A DNA stretch of 64,000 nt, from the NCBI GenBank assembly GCA_030390025.1, contig CM059432.1:64916001-64980000 (forward strand). The letters run 5' to 3'. Below the pieces are notes generated by a model. It saw nothing but the letters and a program-made list of their open reading frames with translations. It did no database searches and was not told where the DNA came from. Position 1 is the first letter of the stretch. Every line of letters starts with the position of its first letter. The position numbers and the translations under genes are program-made. Origin of the DNA: Squalus acanthias (taxonomy: Eukaryota). Shown here piece after piece: positions 12,031-23,989 of this stretch.

Positions 12031-14471
12031 ATGAAGTTGCTGTGGATAATACTAACCATAGCCAGATGGCCAGGTAAGTCGGTACACCAGGGGGCACAGA
12101 TGACGTGGAGGAACCTTGCTGCATCCCCACAATGGTATTAGATCAAACGACAATGGGCTGGGGACCAGTTGGGGGTGTAGATAGCATGCGATGTTGTGGA
12201 TGGCCAGAAGGAGAGGAGTGCGTAACAATACAGGGAAAAGAGGGAGAAACGAGGTGTTATAACTTGGGACAAATGGGGAACAGACCACAGGCCAGGCTTA
12301 GAAGGGGCACGATAAACAGAGGGTGCACTAAATCTAAACCTGGTATGATTGTAGAAGGGAATTACATAACTACTAGCACCCAGCTTATAGATGGAAACCC
12401 CTATTACGGCCAATTTCCGGCGCCCAATCAAGAGTCCCCATATACGAAATGGGTTGAATGTGGTAAGGTTGTAACAATAAATACGATCAATGCATTCCCA
12501 GATGAGCAGGTATGCATCACGTGTCCAACCTCATACCCAAACCTCCTGAGTGTGGAGGAATCGAGAAATGGCACAGTCTGGATGACAGAGCCTGGAACTT
12601 GGATATTGAGTGAAGGTACAAAGGACAGGAAACGATGCGTGATCCTGAAAGGAAAAGTAATAACTAAATATGGATGTGCCAAGTCAATAACCGCGGACTA
12701 CACCAACTATAACATACCCACGGTCGAATGTACAGAAACCTTATTGAGGGTCCAATGGGGTGGACCACTGAAACTGACACCGACGCCCCCACCGGCTCAA
12801 CCCGCTATCATGACTTCCAATACACAGAAAGAAGAGACGAGCGAACCAACGATGTTACAATGCCCAATTATGACACCTGGACCCATGAATGGACTAATAT
12901 TATTTACCGAGGGAGAACAATTGTATGATAACATAAGACACAAAATTGTACCGGTACTGATGAACTTAACCACGTTACAATGGCCAGGATATTGTGAAAG
13001 GTTCACTAAAACTAGAGAATTGTATGCATATATGATAAAGAATGTAATTAACCAAGCTGCTGATGCGACAGGGGCCACTAGTTTCAGGGGACATTCTGCA
13101 TTCCACCAAAGGATTAAGAGGAGCTTAGGAACCGATGTATTTACGGGAATAAACACGGGGACATCATTCGTTAATGCCCTAGATATACAAGGAGTCCAAA
13201 GTAGTGTGGAACGAATACAAAGGGTAATACAACAGATTTTAGAGAAGGAAACTGGTTTAGTTCAACAAGGATCGAAGTTGGGAGAACATACAATAAGGAA
13301 ATTACTCGAAGGAGTTAAGGTTATAGAGGACCATGCTAGCATCATCAACAAACTAAACCATAGGGATGAGGAACAGGCAAAAGACGGGGTAGGGAGAGGC
13401 TTGTGCCATGCCTATGGCCAATGGATCACCGGACAGTTAAAACACAATCTGGCACAGATACAGCGAGGTGAGGTACCAGACTGGATTAACAGCACACAGC
13501 TCTATGGCCTGAGCCAGAATCCAGGCCCTCTGAGTGCTTGTACCCTCAAAGGGATGACCAGAGTATATCCAGTGATACAAAAATGTAAAGCAGAAGTGAC
13601 AGCAATGATAGGCATGGTACTCCTGATACCGGTGGTGGGACTAGACACGACTCCATACCCACAGTACCAGGTAGCAAACATAGGCATAGTGAGCGGTGGG
13701 ACATACCTCCAATACTATCCAATTGATACCTATGCCATCAGGAAGAATGGTACTATGAGAGGAGTTTCCCTAAACGGATGCCATGGGAAAGGTACGCTTA
13801 CGATATGCCCACATCCAGCAGGAGAAGGTCCTAAGGATGAGTGCAGCTATAATAAGACAGAGGGGTGTATGTTGGAATTATCACATGTTGATCACCATCA
13901 CACCCGCTCGGGATATAGAGGCAAAGGGGAGTATTGTATAGCCACCACAGAGACTGAGTACCAATATAGTAACCTTGTATGTGTAATCACAATGCCTAAC
14001 TTCTGCTTTACGCCAAAGATCCCCGTGACAATTGGACACACCAGATTGGTGTATGTACATTCAAGGGAGGAGATAAAACTAACTGTGCTAGATAGTTTAA
14101 GGGACGAGTTGATCAAGTATGAAGATCCGGCAGGGGCCTCAATACCCCACCTGCAAGAGGATCTGCAAGAAATGAAAGAGGGTTTAAGTAAAATGGTGAA
14201 ACAATACGTAGTGTTGCAAAGGAACCTTGGGGAACTAGAAAGGGACATAGAAGTAGAACTACAGGAAGTCTCATGGTATTAGAAGCTGTAGGATTGGGGG
14301 ATGAATGTCAACATACACCCATGGATCCGCATTATTTCTCACATACTAGTTATAGTACAATTGGTTATGGCGATAGGATTGGGAATAGCAGCATGCGCCG
14401 CCTGTAAAAAACAAAGAGAACAAGAAAGGAAGAGGGAAATGGAAGAAATGTACATGACATTGATAAAGTAA
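12031..14471 (+). pseudogene. env: env, class I fusion glycoprotein of F-like type; 725-codon open frame 12105..14282, anchor separated by two TAG stops
   Basis: Signal-like MKLLWIILTIA at 12031 (other frame); furin site RIKR 13110-13121 followed by a fusion-peptide-like segment and heptads; Cys-rich region; HR2; in-frame hydrophobic IISHILVIVQLVMAIGLGIAACAAC and tail to TAA 14469-14471. Confidence 0.88.
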
Positions 14472-14798
14472 TAATGCATATTGTCCGGTGGTAATTGTTG
14501 CAGAAACATCCTGGGCAGATTCCCATCGAGCAGACGGAATATTACTATGAACAGGAGAAGGCTTGGGAGAAAGACCTGCTTAACGGATGTATAGTACTAA
14601 CAACATTAATGTTCATAACCTATGTAATTGGGTGGATAATATGTCGATGAAAAGGATGTAGGGGGCATAGAAATCAGGATAATATGATTATATAAATTGG
14701 GTGACCCAATGGGTTGGATTTGATCACCACCCCGGCCGGACACCATAATAGGAGAAATAATCAGGTTGGTCAATGATTAAAAGAGATTAATCAGGACC

Positions 14799-14871
14799 AA
14801 AAGGGGGGACTGAGAGGGTTAAAAGAGCTAAAATATAAAGCGTGGTTATGAACAAGTTTAAAAGGGGGGAC
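14799..14871 (+). promoter_or_regulatory. Polypurine tract, duplicated together with the first ~49 bp of U3
   Basis: AAAAGGGGGGAC at 14799-14810 and 14860-14871, each followed by TGA(G/A)AGGGTTAAA. Confidence 0.9.
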
Positions 14872-15521
14872 TGAAAGGGTTAAACGAGCTAAAATATAAA
14901 AAGAGTGGTTATGAACAAGTTTAAAAGAGGGAAGTATGATGCAACGTTGTCAAGACTACACACTACAAATCACTAATTGAGTAAAATATTAGAAATAACC
15001 TTGTAGTCCCAGTTGCTATAGTGAAATCTTACAAAGCAGTTTTAATTGGATTTACTTGAATGTAACCTTGGAGTTGCCAGATTAATGTGCACACGAACTG
15101 CAAGAAGTTGCACCCGAGACCAACTATTTTGCACCCGAGACCAACTATTTTACACCCGAGACCAACTATTTTGCACCCGAGACCAACTATTTTGCACCCG
15201 AGACCAACTATTTTGCACCCGAGACCAACTATTTTGCACCCGAAACCACCTGGGGTTGCAAGAAATGTATATATGTAATGTAAATAATTGTGGGACAATA
15301 GCTACGACTTAGAACAGAAACTGTATATAAGGTAGAGGAGTTTTAACGATCGGGGAGCATTCGTCCCTGGATGAGTGACTCCCCTGTCGGCTTGTAATAA
15401 AGTTGATTTACTGAACGAACCTCCGGACTCCGAGTGATTGATTGGGGATAAGGAGAAAGTCGACCCATTATATCAGAGGGTCCATCTCAGGGAGAAGAAG
15501 CTCTCCTGGTTTACCCTTACA
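14872..15521 (+). repeat. 3' LTR (650 bp)
   Basis: Direct repeat of 8014..8620; TATATAA 15324-15330; AATAAA 15396-15401. Confidence 0.95.
15110..15248 (+). repeat. 21-bp tandem repeat in 3' LTR U3, 6 full units plus a partial
   Basis: Same unit as 8250..8346, more homogeneous. Confidence 0.95.
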
Positions 15522-15904
15522 AAGACCATCTCATGATCCAACACAAAGAAGTTAGAGGGTCAACTTCATCTCAAGAAGCACCCACAGAGAACCAGCAGCC
15601 AGTCAGTAGACTTATTCCAAGCACTGGGGAAGCACCAGAAGGAGCACTAGATTGGACTGTCGAAGACACACACCTTATAGTGTCACTAGGGGAAATCACC
15701 AAGGTAAAAATCATTAGTGCCACATGTACTGCTCATTCATTGGACAATAAAAGGGTTGCACTTCATTTTTACACCGTATCGCGGCAGTGACTCTGGCGGT
15801 AAGTGGGCCAATTTCTAGGCCAAAGCATCTTAACTGCCGCCAAAGTATTGGATATTGAATTGCATTGTTAAATACCCATAATCACAGACATCGATTAGAC
15901 AAAG

Positions 15905-17102
15905 CCTCTTTTCCTCTCCAAAGTCCTTGAACATGTTTTCATCGCCCAAGTCTGTGCCCAACTTCCCTGCAACTCCATGTATGAACCTCTCCCATCAGGT
16001 TTCTGCCCCTGCCACAGCACTGACATGGCCCCAATCAAAGTCATAAATGACATCCTTTGTTACTGTATCCCTCCTCATACTTCTCAATCTGTCTGCAGCC
16101 TTTAACAAGGTTGACCACATCATCCTCCTCCAACACCGCTCCTCCATTGTCCATTTGAGTAAGGCTGCCCTCGCTTGGTTCCACTCTTACCTATCCAATC
16201 GTAGCTAGAGAATCTCTTGCAATGGCTTCTCTTCCCACTCCCGCACCATTACTTCTGGAGTCCCCCAAGGATCTATCCTTGGCCCCCTCCTATTTCTCAT
16301 CTACATGCTGCCACTCGGTGACGTACCCAAAAACACATCAGATTTCACATGTACGCTGACGACATCCAGCTCTACCTCTCTCTATCTTTGCCTTTACTGC
16401 CTCTGCATCGTCAAACTGCTTGTCCGACATCTAGTCATGGATGAGCCGCAATTTCCTCCAATGAAACATTGGGAAGACTGAAGCCATTGTCTTCGGTCCC
16501 TGCCAAAAAAATCTGCTCCCTAGCCATTGATTCCATCACCCTCCCTGGCCACTGTCTCGGGGTGAATCAGACTGTTCACAACCTCGGCGTCCTATTTGAC
16601 CCTGAGCTGAGCTTCCGAACACATATCCTTTCCATCACAAAGAATGTCTAATTCCACCTCTGTAATATTGCCCATCTCCGTCCCTGTCTCAGCCCATCTG
16701 CTGCTCAAGCCCTCATCCATGCTTTTGTTACATCCATGCTAGACTATTCCAATGCTCTTCTGGCTGTCCTCCACTCTTCCACCCTTCATAAACTTAAACA
16801 CATCCAAAGCTCTGCTGCCCATATCCTAACTTGCAGCAAATCCCATTCACCCATCACCCCTGTGCTCCTGTGCTTGCTGACCTACATTGGCTCGTGGTCC
16901 AACAACTTTTATTTTAAAATTTTAAAATTCTCATCCTCTTGTTCAAATCCCTCTAAGGCCTCGCTCCTCCCTATCTCTGTAACTTCCTCCAGCCCTACAA
17001 TCCTCCGAGAACTCTGCATTCCTCCAACTCAGGCCTCTTGTGCATCTCCTACATCCTTTGCCCCACCACTGGCGGCTGTGCCTTCAGCCATCTAGCCCCT
17101 AC
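15905..17102 (+). mobile_element. L2-clade LINE, degraded RT fragment
   Basis: [54 protein letters not shown]-rich sense strand. Confidence 0.85.
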
Positions 17103-17568
17103 AGTTTGTAGTAACGACCTGACTGGCCACATGCGTGTCATCTATAATGCCCTACACTTCAGGAAAATCGGTTTGTTGGTAAAAATGCTATTTTCTCATG
17201 TGTTGCTGGTCATGGGGAACCTTTCCATGGGGAAACTGATAAAAAGATCTTGGGGGCTAAATTCGATAAGGCCCAAATACCGGTGTGGGAATCGCAATGT
17301 GCAATCTGCTCACGCCCGTTGAAAGTAATGCAGGCAGCACGCAAAATTCATGCTCCCTGCTAATTAACATGATTGAAGCGCTGAGCCCAGCGCTGAAAGC
17401 GCTGCTGGTTGGCTCACCACTCAGCAGGGGGCCCAATATCATGGGAAGTCTGATCTGTATTTAAAGGTTGCCTGCAGAGTGAAACGCTGTCTGCACTTCT
17501 TGAAGGGGAGGTGCTTTCAGAAAGAAGGACATCATTCTGAGTGGAGCTAAGGAAAGGGGAAGTTACCA

Positions 17569-19460
17569 ATGTCACAACAGAGCAGAGAATGGGCACCTCA
17601 GTTCTCAGACACAGCAATGGTGGCCTTAGTGCAGCAGGTCAATAGGAGAAGACAGGTCCTCTACCCGCAGAGGGCCAAAAGGCCTTCCAGACAGACTGTA
17701 TGAAGGCAGTGGGAGCAGATTGCTGAAGCGGTCAGTGCCACCAGTCTTTACCCCAGTACCTGGTTCCAGAGCCGGAAGAAGTTTAATGAACACACACGAG
17801 TGGTCAAGGTCAGTGAATGCATCTTCAAATGCCATATCGCACCAACTGCACCACTAGCCTCACACACTGCTCAATGCACCACACCCCCAGCACTCACCTA
17901 CCAACAATCTCTAGCAATCACAACTCATACCTCACAATCATAGCTTCACCTCACCCTCACACACATACCACTGTTGCAAGCCTCACACCCACATCTCACA
18001 GCTTGCACACAATGCCAGCTATTCAACCATGACAGGCACATCACCCAAACACATTGTACCACACTCACTGACACACTTCGCTTTCCCTTGCAGGCCAAGG
18101 TGGCGCATAACCGGTGCCAGCAGGAGCTAACAGGCGGGGGCAAGCATGGCTGCAGAAACTCAGATTCTGCAGCCATGCTGGAGGAGACGGTTCTGGATAT
18201 AATTGGAAGGGCCGTCACTGAGGCCGTGACGATCGGCGAGGCTGAAAGCATTGATGATAACGGTATGCTCATACCTAATCCTTCTTCTCACATCCCCCTC
18301 ATCCCACAATCCCTTCTCACTTACAAGCTGCTGATGGTGTAAGCATGCACATCTTGCTTCCCCACCTCCACCCTCACCACAACTCGATCCTTGTGCCTTT
18401 CTTTCAGATACCCAAGTATTGCAACCAACCCAGCCTGTACATGAATAAGTAGAGGAGAGTGATAGAAAAGAAGAGACACCATCACTCGGTCTGACACTCC
18501 CAGGCACCAGCTCAGAAAATGGCACTGCGCGGACTTTAGAGGGTAGTATAGAGGCAGGATCTGCACATGGTGAGTCACCGGGCAAGTGAGTGGGGAAGCA
18601 AGTGGGCTCCAGCTAGCGCACAGGGAAAGCAAAGCGCAGGTGCCAGCTCCCCAGAGGGCGAGATCGCACGCAAGTTCTGCTGCAGAAAACTCAGATGATG
18701 ACCTCGATGGGGCAACCTTCAGAAGAAGGGTGATGGGAATGCACACAGAAATGCTTGGTGCAATGGCAAGCCTGCCAGATAGCCTCTTGTCACTGTCAAG
18801 CAGCAGGGAGGAGTCCGGCTCCAACCTTGCACAGGGCTTCGCACAGAGCTTGGAGCCCATGATTTCCAGGATGTAAGTGATGGCCACCCCATTAGAGCAC
18901 TGTTGGACCCAACCATGATGCTGGGTGTGATGGGCGATGTTGCAGCTTCCATTGCAGCACTAGTGGAAGTGACCCAATGTCTGTGTGCTGCAGTGGAAGC
19001 TGACTTCTGTAATGCAGGCTCAGCTTGCTGCCACGCAAGCTCAGACTGCTGCCATCGTGGCTAGGTTTACGAATGTGGCAAGGTGCTTGCAGGGTGTCAC
19101 AGCAGTCCAGCAATCTGTCCCTCAACAGATGGCTAGGAATGTTGAGGCGCCGCAGAGCTCAAACCTGCTGTTCTCTCTCAGGATGACAGCAATCGTACTT
19201 CCACCACTGCCACTCCACAAGTGCCCTTGATGTTGTCTGTCTATCAGCCAGCACAGACTGCTGCCACCATGGCGAGGTGGTGCAGTCTATAGCCAAGCCT
19301 TCTAGGCACAAAGTTGCTCATGGTCGTCCTGCAAGGCCATCTGCAGTCTCACCCACAGAACGTCAGCAGCCTTCCACCAGCTATGCTGCAGCTACTGGGG
19401 TAGCACTTTGTAGGAGTACTAGATTAGGCAAAGGCACACAAAAGACAGACACAACAGTGA
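17569..19460 (+). pseudogene. Harbinger Myb/SANT-like gene, 3 exons (~17569-17808, 18094-18262, 18408-~19460), degraded
   Basis: GT-AG junctions at positions equivalent to other copies; AKVAHNR..QELTGGG exon 2. Confidence 0.7.
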
Positions 19461-19632
19461 TTAGTTGACTTTGTAATGTAGCTTTGAAATTAATCACATA
19501 AATTATATTCGGAATGTTTTGTTTTGTGGTGGCTTTCATTTCAGCATTGTGGCCAAGAGAACGCTGTGATGTTGCATGACAGAAGGATGGTAAGGTGGGG
19601 AGGTGTTGAGGAATGGGGATCTGGGGTTTCAG

Positions 19633-20769
19633 TCAAGGGAACTGGAGTCTGATGATGTGCTCAACGACAGCCCGTCCAGAACGAAGATTTGCAGGCTGTC
19701 TCCTCCCTCCCTCCTCCTCCTCTTCCTCCTCCTCCCCCTCTTCTTCCTCATCCTCCTCCTCCTGAGGTAGGCATGGAACCTGTGGTGGCAAGGGCTGCAC
19801 CCTCATGATGGCCAAGTTGTGGAGGATGCAGCAGACCACCACGAATTGGAACACCCACTCTGGTGAGTACTGGAGAGCTCCAGGTTAAAGAAGCACACCT
19901 GTTGCTTGAGCACCCCAATGGTCTGCTCGATGACATTCCTCGTGGCAGCATGGCTCTCATTATATGATTGCTGGCCACGAGTGTTGAGGTTGCGGAGGGT
20001 TGTCATCAGCCAGATTGCCCTTCTCGCTGAGCAGCCACCCTCGGGTTTGATGTGGTGGCTGGAAGATTGCTGGCACAGCGGACTGGCGCAGGATGAAAGT
20101 ATCATGACTTCTGCCAGGATACTGGGCTTTCACCATCATGATGTGCTGGGCGTGGTCACACACCAACTGCACATTAAATGATTGGCACACTTTGCAGTTA
20201 CGGTACATCTCATCATTGAAATGCGGCACCTGAAAAGCCAGATGTATGCAGTCGATGGCGCCCTGCACCATGTGGAAGCCCGATATCCTGGCAAAGCCAC
20301 GTGCGCGCTCCTCCTGCTTCTCTCTGATTAGAGTGAAGATAATGTAGTCCCTTCGCCTAGTGTACAGAGACTCTGTGACCTCCCAGCTGCAGCGATGGAC
20401 AGTGAACTGCAAGATGTTTGCTATGTCACCTGTTCCAGCCTGGAAGGATCTGCTGGCAACAAAATCCAGGCCCACTATCACCTTGAGGGCTGCTGGCAGA
20501 GCCCTGCCCTGAGGCTGCAGGTCTGGGTCCACGGGGTGGCAGAGTTCTGTGACCACCACCTTGGTGCAATGAAGCTGCCAAACACACTGCTCCTGGCTTA
20601 GGTGTAGGTAGCAGAAGTGTTCCCTGAAAATCCTAGATGGGCAAGGCCTCCTGCTGAGAGCCCTCCTCCCCCTCCTCCTCCTCCCTCTGCGAGCAGTTTG
20701 TCTTTGCTGCCTCTGCTCCATCTCTCTGACATGCTGTAGTGCAAGGGGGACTGCAAGTAGAGCCCCCAT
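19633..20769 (-). pseudogene. HARBI1-like DDE transposase, frameshifted
   Basis: VQGAIDCIH, NVQLVCDH, YPGRSHDTFIL, RNVIEQTIGVLKQ, CCILHNLA, acidic tail. Confidence 0.9.
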
Positions 20770-21790
20770 GACTGGGAGTCAGTGGTGTACTCAGAGGCCT
20801 TCAAGTAGCAGCCAACACCTTCCCAGCGTCCAGCAGCACTCACTGCACACTTTAACAACTTTATAAATGTCTTCCACCAAGACAGTATTTACATAAACTC
20901 TACAAGAACCAGTACAAGAGAAATAATCAACTTACCTGCAAGTTGGATGTATCCCTTTAAAAGCGCTGGTGGCAGGTCCCTCATGCAGCTGAACGCACGT
21001 TCAGGTGTGCGTGTTTAGGAGAGGGCGTTGAATGGAGCAGCGAGGTGGAATTTGGCAGGTCGTGCGTCAAATCAACGTTATACGTTGACTGACGTCACGA
21101 TCTGCCTACCCTGCATACTGCTGGCACACGCACATTTCACCTATGCTATCACCCTCACCAAGATGGCGAACAGCACGGGCCGCACTGGAAGTGAGCGGAA
21201 GCAAGGCGACCGACTTTTCTTTCTCCAAACCGGCCTTAACCGCCAGTGCTAAGGTATTGAATTTCATGGTCCTTATTTAATAGCTGGCCTAGAAATTGGA
21301 GGTGTTAGCGCTGGCTGTTAAGGCCTGTTTTGGCAAAAAAAATGGTGGCTGCCTCATTTCCACCATTTGCCAGCGGGTCCCACGGCAGCCGCCATTTTCA
21401 GCTGAGCAGCAGCGCTACCGATGTCCACGCTCGCTGGGGATATGTAGATTATGCAGATCGCGACGTCAGTGAGTGTGCACTGCTCACCTGAAGCCCGATC
21501 TGCCATTTTCGAGTTTGCAGCTTCACTTACTGGCTTGTGTTAATTGCGACCAGCTGACCAAGTGTTCACAAGCAGGAAGGAGCCTCCAGCAGCAGTATTT
21601 AAAGGGTTCATCAGCAACAACTTGCAGCTGACATGTTTGTTCAGTTTGACTGGCTCTGTGTAACTTTCTGCAACTCTTGCAGCTTTATTAACTTCTTACA
21701 AGTTCCTAAGGTGACCAGGAGTGTTGGCGCAAATGGAGAACGCCTTCAATCTTATTTAAAGGCTTCTGCTCAGAACACTTGCTCACAGTC

Positions 21791-23800
21791 ATGGGGGCTC
21801 TACTTGCAGCCCCCCTCGCGCTCGAGTATCTTCGGGAGAGGGGGTGGAGTCAGCGAAGAAGATGAGAAGATGCACGCAGAGCGGGGAGGAGCAGGGCCAG
21901 GAGGGTTCTCAACAGGAGGCCTTCCCCACCTAGGGTCTTCAGAGAGCACTTCTCTTATATCCAGTTAAGCGAGGAGCAGTGTATTAGGAGGCTCCGCGTC
22001 AGCGAAGAGGTGGTCACAGAAATCTGCTGCCTCCTACAACCAGACCTGCAGGCTGAGAGCAGGGCAATCACGGCTCTCCTAGTAGCCCTCAAGGTCACCG
22101 TGGCCCTCAATTTCTTCACCAGCGGATTTTTCCAGTCTGCAGCAGGAGACATAGCTAACATCTTCCAGTTTGCTGTCCATTGCTGCAGCCGGGAGGTCAC
22201 TGAGGCACTCTACACCAGGAGAAGGGATTACGTTGTCTTCTCTCAGAACAGAGAGAAGCAGGAGGAGCGCACATGTGGCTTTGCCAGAATAGCGGGCTTC
22301 CCCATGGTGCAGGGCGCCATCGACAGCAATCACGTGGCTTTGCGGATGCCGCATAACAATCCTCCGTAACCACAAAGGCTACCACTCTCATGCCAATGCC
22401 CACTATCCTGGCAGCAGTCATGATGCCTTCATCCTGCACCAGTCCGGTGTTTTTAAAAAAAAAAATTAATTGTTTTTTATGGGATGTGGGCGTCGCTCGC
22501 AAGGCTAGCATTTATTGCCCATCCCTAATTGCCCTTGAGAAGGTGGTGGTGAGCTGCAATCTTGAACCGCTGCAGTCCATGTGGTGAAGGTACTCCCACA
22601 GTGCTATTTGGTAGGGAGTTCCAGGATTTTGACCCAGCAACGATGAAGGATCGGCGATATACTTCTAAGTCAGGATGATGTGTGACTTGGAGGGGAACTT
22701 GGAGGTGGTGGTGTTCCCATGCGCCTGCTGCCCTTGTCCTTCTAGGTGGTAGAGGTCAATGGGTTTGGGAAGTGCTGCAGAAGAAGCCTTGGCAAGTTGC
22801 TGCAGTGCATCTTGTAGATGGTACACACTGCAGCCATGGTACGCCACTGGTGGAGGGAATGAATGTTTAAGATGGTAGATGGGGTGTCAATCAAGCGGGC
22901 TGCTTTGTCCTGGATGGTGTCAAGCTTCTTGAGTGTTTTTAGAGCTGCACTCATCCAGGCAAGTGGAGAGTATTCCATCACATTCCTTACTTGTGCCTTG
23001 TAGATGGTGGGAAGGCTTTGGGGAGTCAGGAGGTGAGACACTCGCCGCAGAATACCTAGCCTCTGACCTGCTCTTGTTGCCACAGTATTTATGTTATCCA
23101 GTTAAATTTCTGGTCAATGGTGACCCCCAGGATGTTGATGGTGGGGGATTTGGTGATGGTAATGCTATTGAATGTCAAGGGGTGGTGGTTAGACTCTCAC
23201 TTGTTGGAGATAATCATTGCCTGGCACTTCTGTGGCGCGAATGTTACCTGCCACTTATCAGCCCAAGCCTGAACGTCGTCCAGGTCTTGTTGCATGCGCG
23301 CATGGACTGCTTCATTATCTGTGCCAGCAATCTTCCAGCCATTACATCAAACCCGAGGGTGGCTGCTCAGAGACAAGGGCTATCTGCTCTGCACTTGGCT
23401 GATGACTCCCCTCCACAACCCCAACACTCCTACTGAGCACTCATATAATGAGAGCCATGCTGCCGCCAGGAACATCATCGAGCAGAACATCAGGCTACTG
23501 AAGCAATGTTTCCGCTGCCTTGACTGCTCGGGAGGAGCCCTCCAGTACTCTATGGAGTGGTTGTCCCATTTCGTGGTGATCTGTTGCATGCTTCACAAAT
23601 TGGCCAGCATGAGGGTGTAGCCCTTGCCACCAGGGATTGCGGTACTACCTCAGGAAGAGGATGAGGGAGAGGAGGAGGAGGAGGAGGAAGAGGAAGAGGA
23701 GCAAGAGAAAGAGGACGAGGAGGAAGGGAGGAGGCAGGCAGCAAATCCCCCTACTGCATGGGCTGTCCGTGAACGCCTCATCAGACTCCAATTCGAGTGA
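21791..23800 (+). pseudogene. HARBI1-like transposase split by the 22451..23318 insertion
   Basis: [48 protein letters not shown]. Confidence 0.88.
22451..23318 (-). mobile_element. 5'-truncated non-LTR retrotransposon (CR1/L2-group RT C-terminus and 3' UTR)
   Basis: AGQRLGILRRVSHLL...IYKAQVRNVMEYSPLAW; AATAAA and A-rich tail; flanks rejoin as transposase ILHQS/VPAIFQP. Confidence 0.85.
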
Positions 23801-23989
23801 ATGAAATCCCAGAACCCCGTTGCTCACCACATTTCCATCAACCACATCCCCATCATACCATCCCTCTGTCACTGAATATCACAGCGTTCTCCTGGGCACA
23901 AAGCTGAAATGAGAGCCACCAAAAAACAAACGTTCCAAACAAAATTAATACATTTTTATAAATATTCAATTTACATTACAATATCAACT

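Larger units (their letters stand above)
8014..15521 (+). mobile_element. Endogenous retrovirus-like provirus, LTR-gag-(delta pol)-env-LTR, lokiretrovirus-like
   Basis: Paired TG...CA LTRs; TSD AAGAC at 8009-8013 and 15522-15526; PBS, PPT, gag, integrase and env all recognisable. Subfamily call is less certain than the provirus call. Confidence 0.95.
17252..21271. mobile_element. Near full-length Harbinger transposon (Myb-like +, transposase -)
   Basis: Ends GGGGGCTAAATTCG / TGAATTTCATGGTC with CTT TSD; two convergent genes. Confidence 0.88.

Noticed and set aside
10048..14248. Antisense ORFs over gag, integrase and env (256, 180, 119, 116 aa)
   Set aside because: Shadows of purine-rich sense coding with no recognisable motifs
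9950..14291. APOBEC-like G-to-A hypermutation as the source of ERV TAG stops
   Set aside because: Too few cases; many TGG codons remain intact and no consensus is available
15110..15248. Regular 21-bp repeats as a CRISPR array or repeat protein (LHPRPTI / CTRDQLF ORFs)
   Set aside because: No spacers; it is a tandem repeat inside both LTRs, and the ORFs are by-products of a stop-free unit
23655..23740. GAG/GGA microsatellites (also ~19705, ~36975, ~46960, ~53505)
   Set aside because: They encode the acidic tails of the transposases and are not independent features
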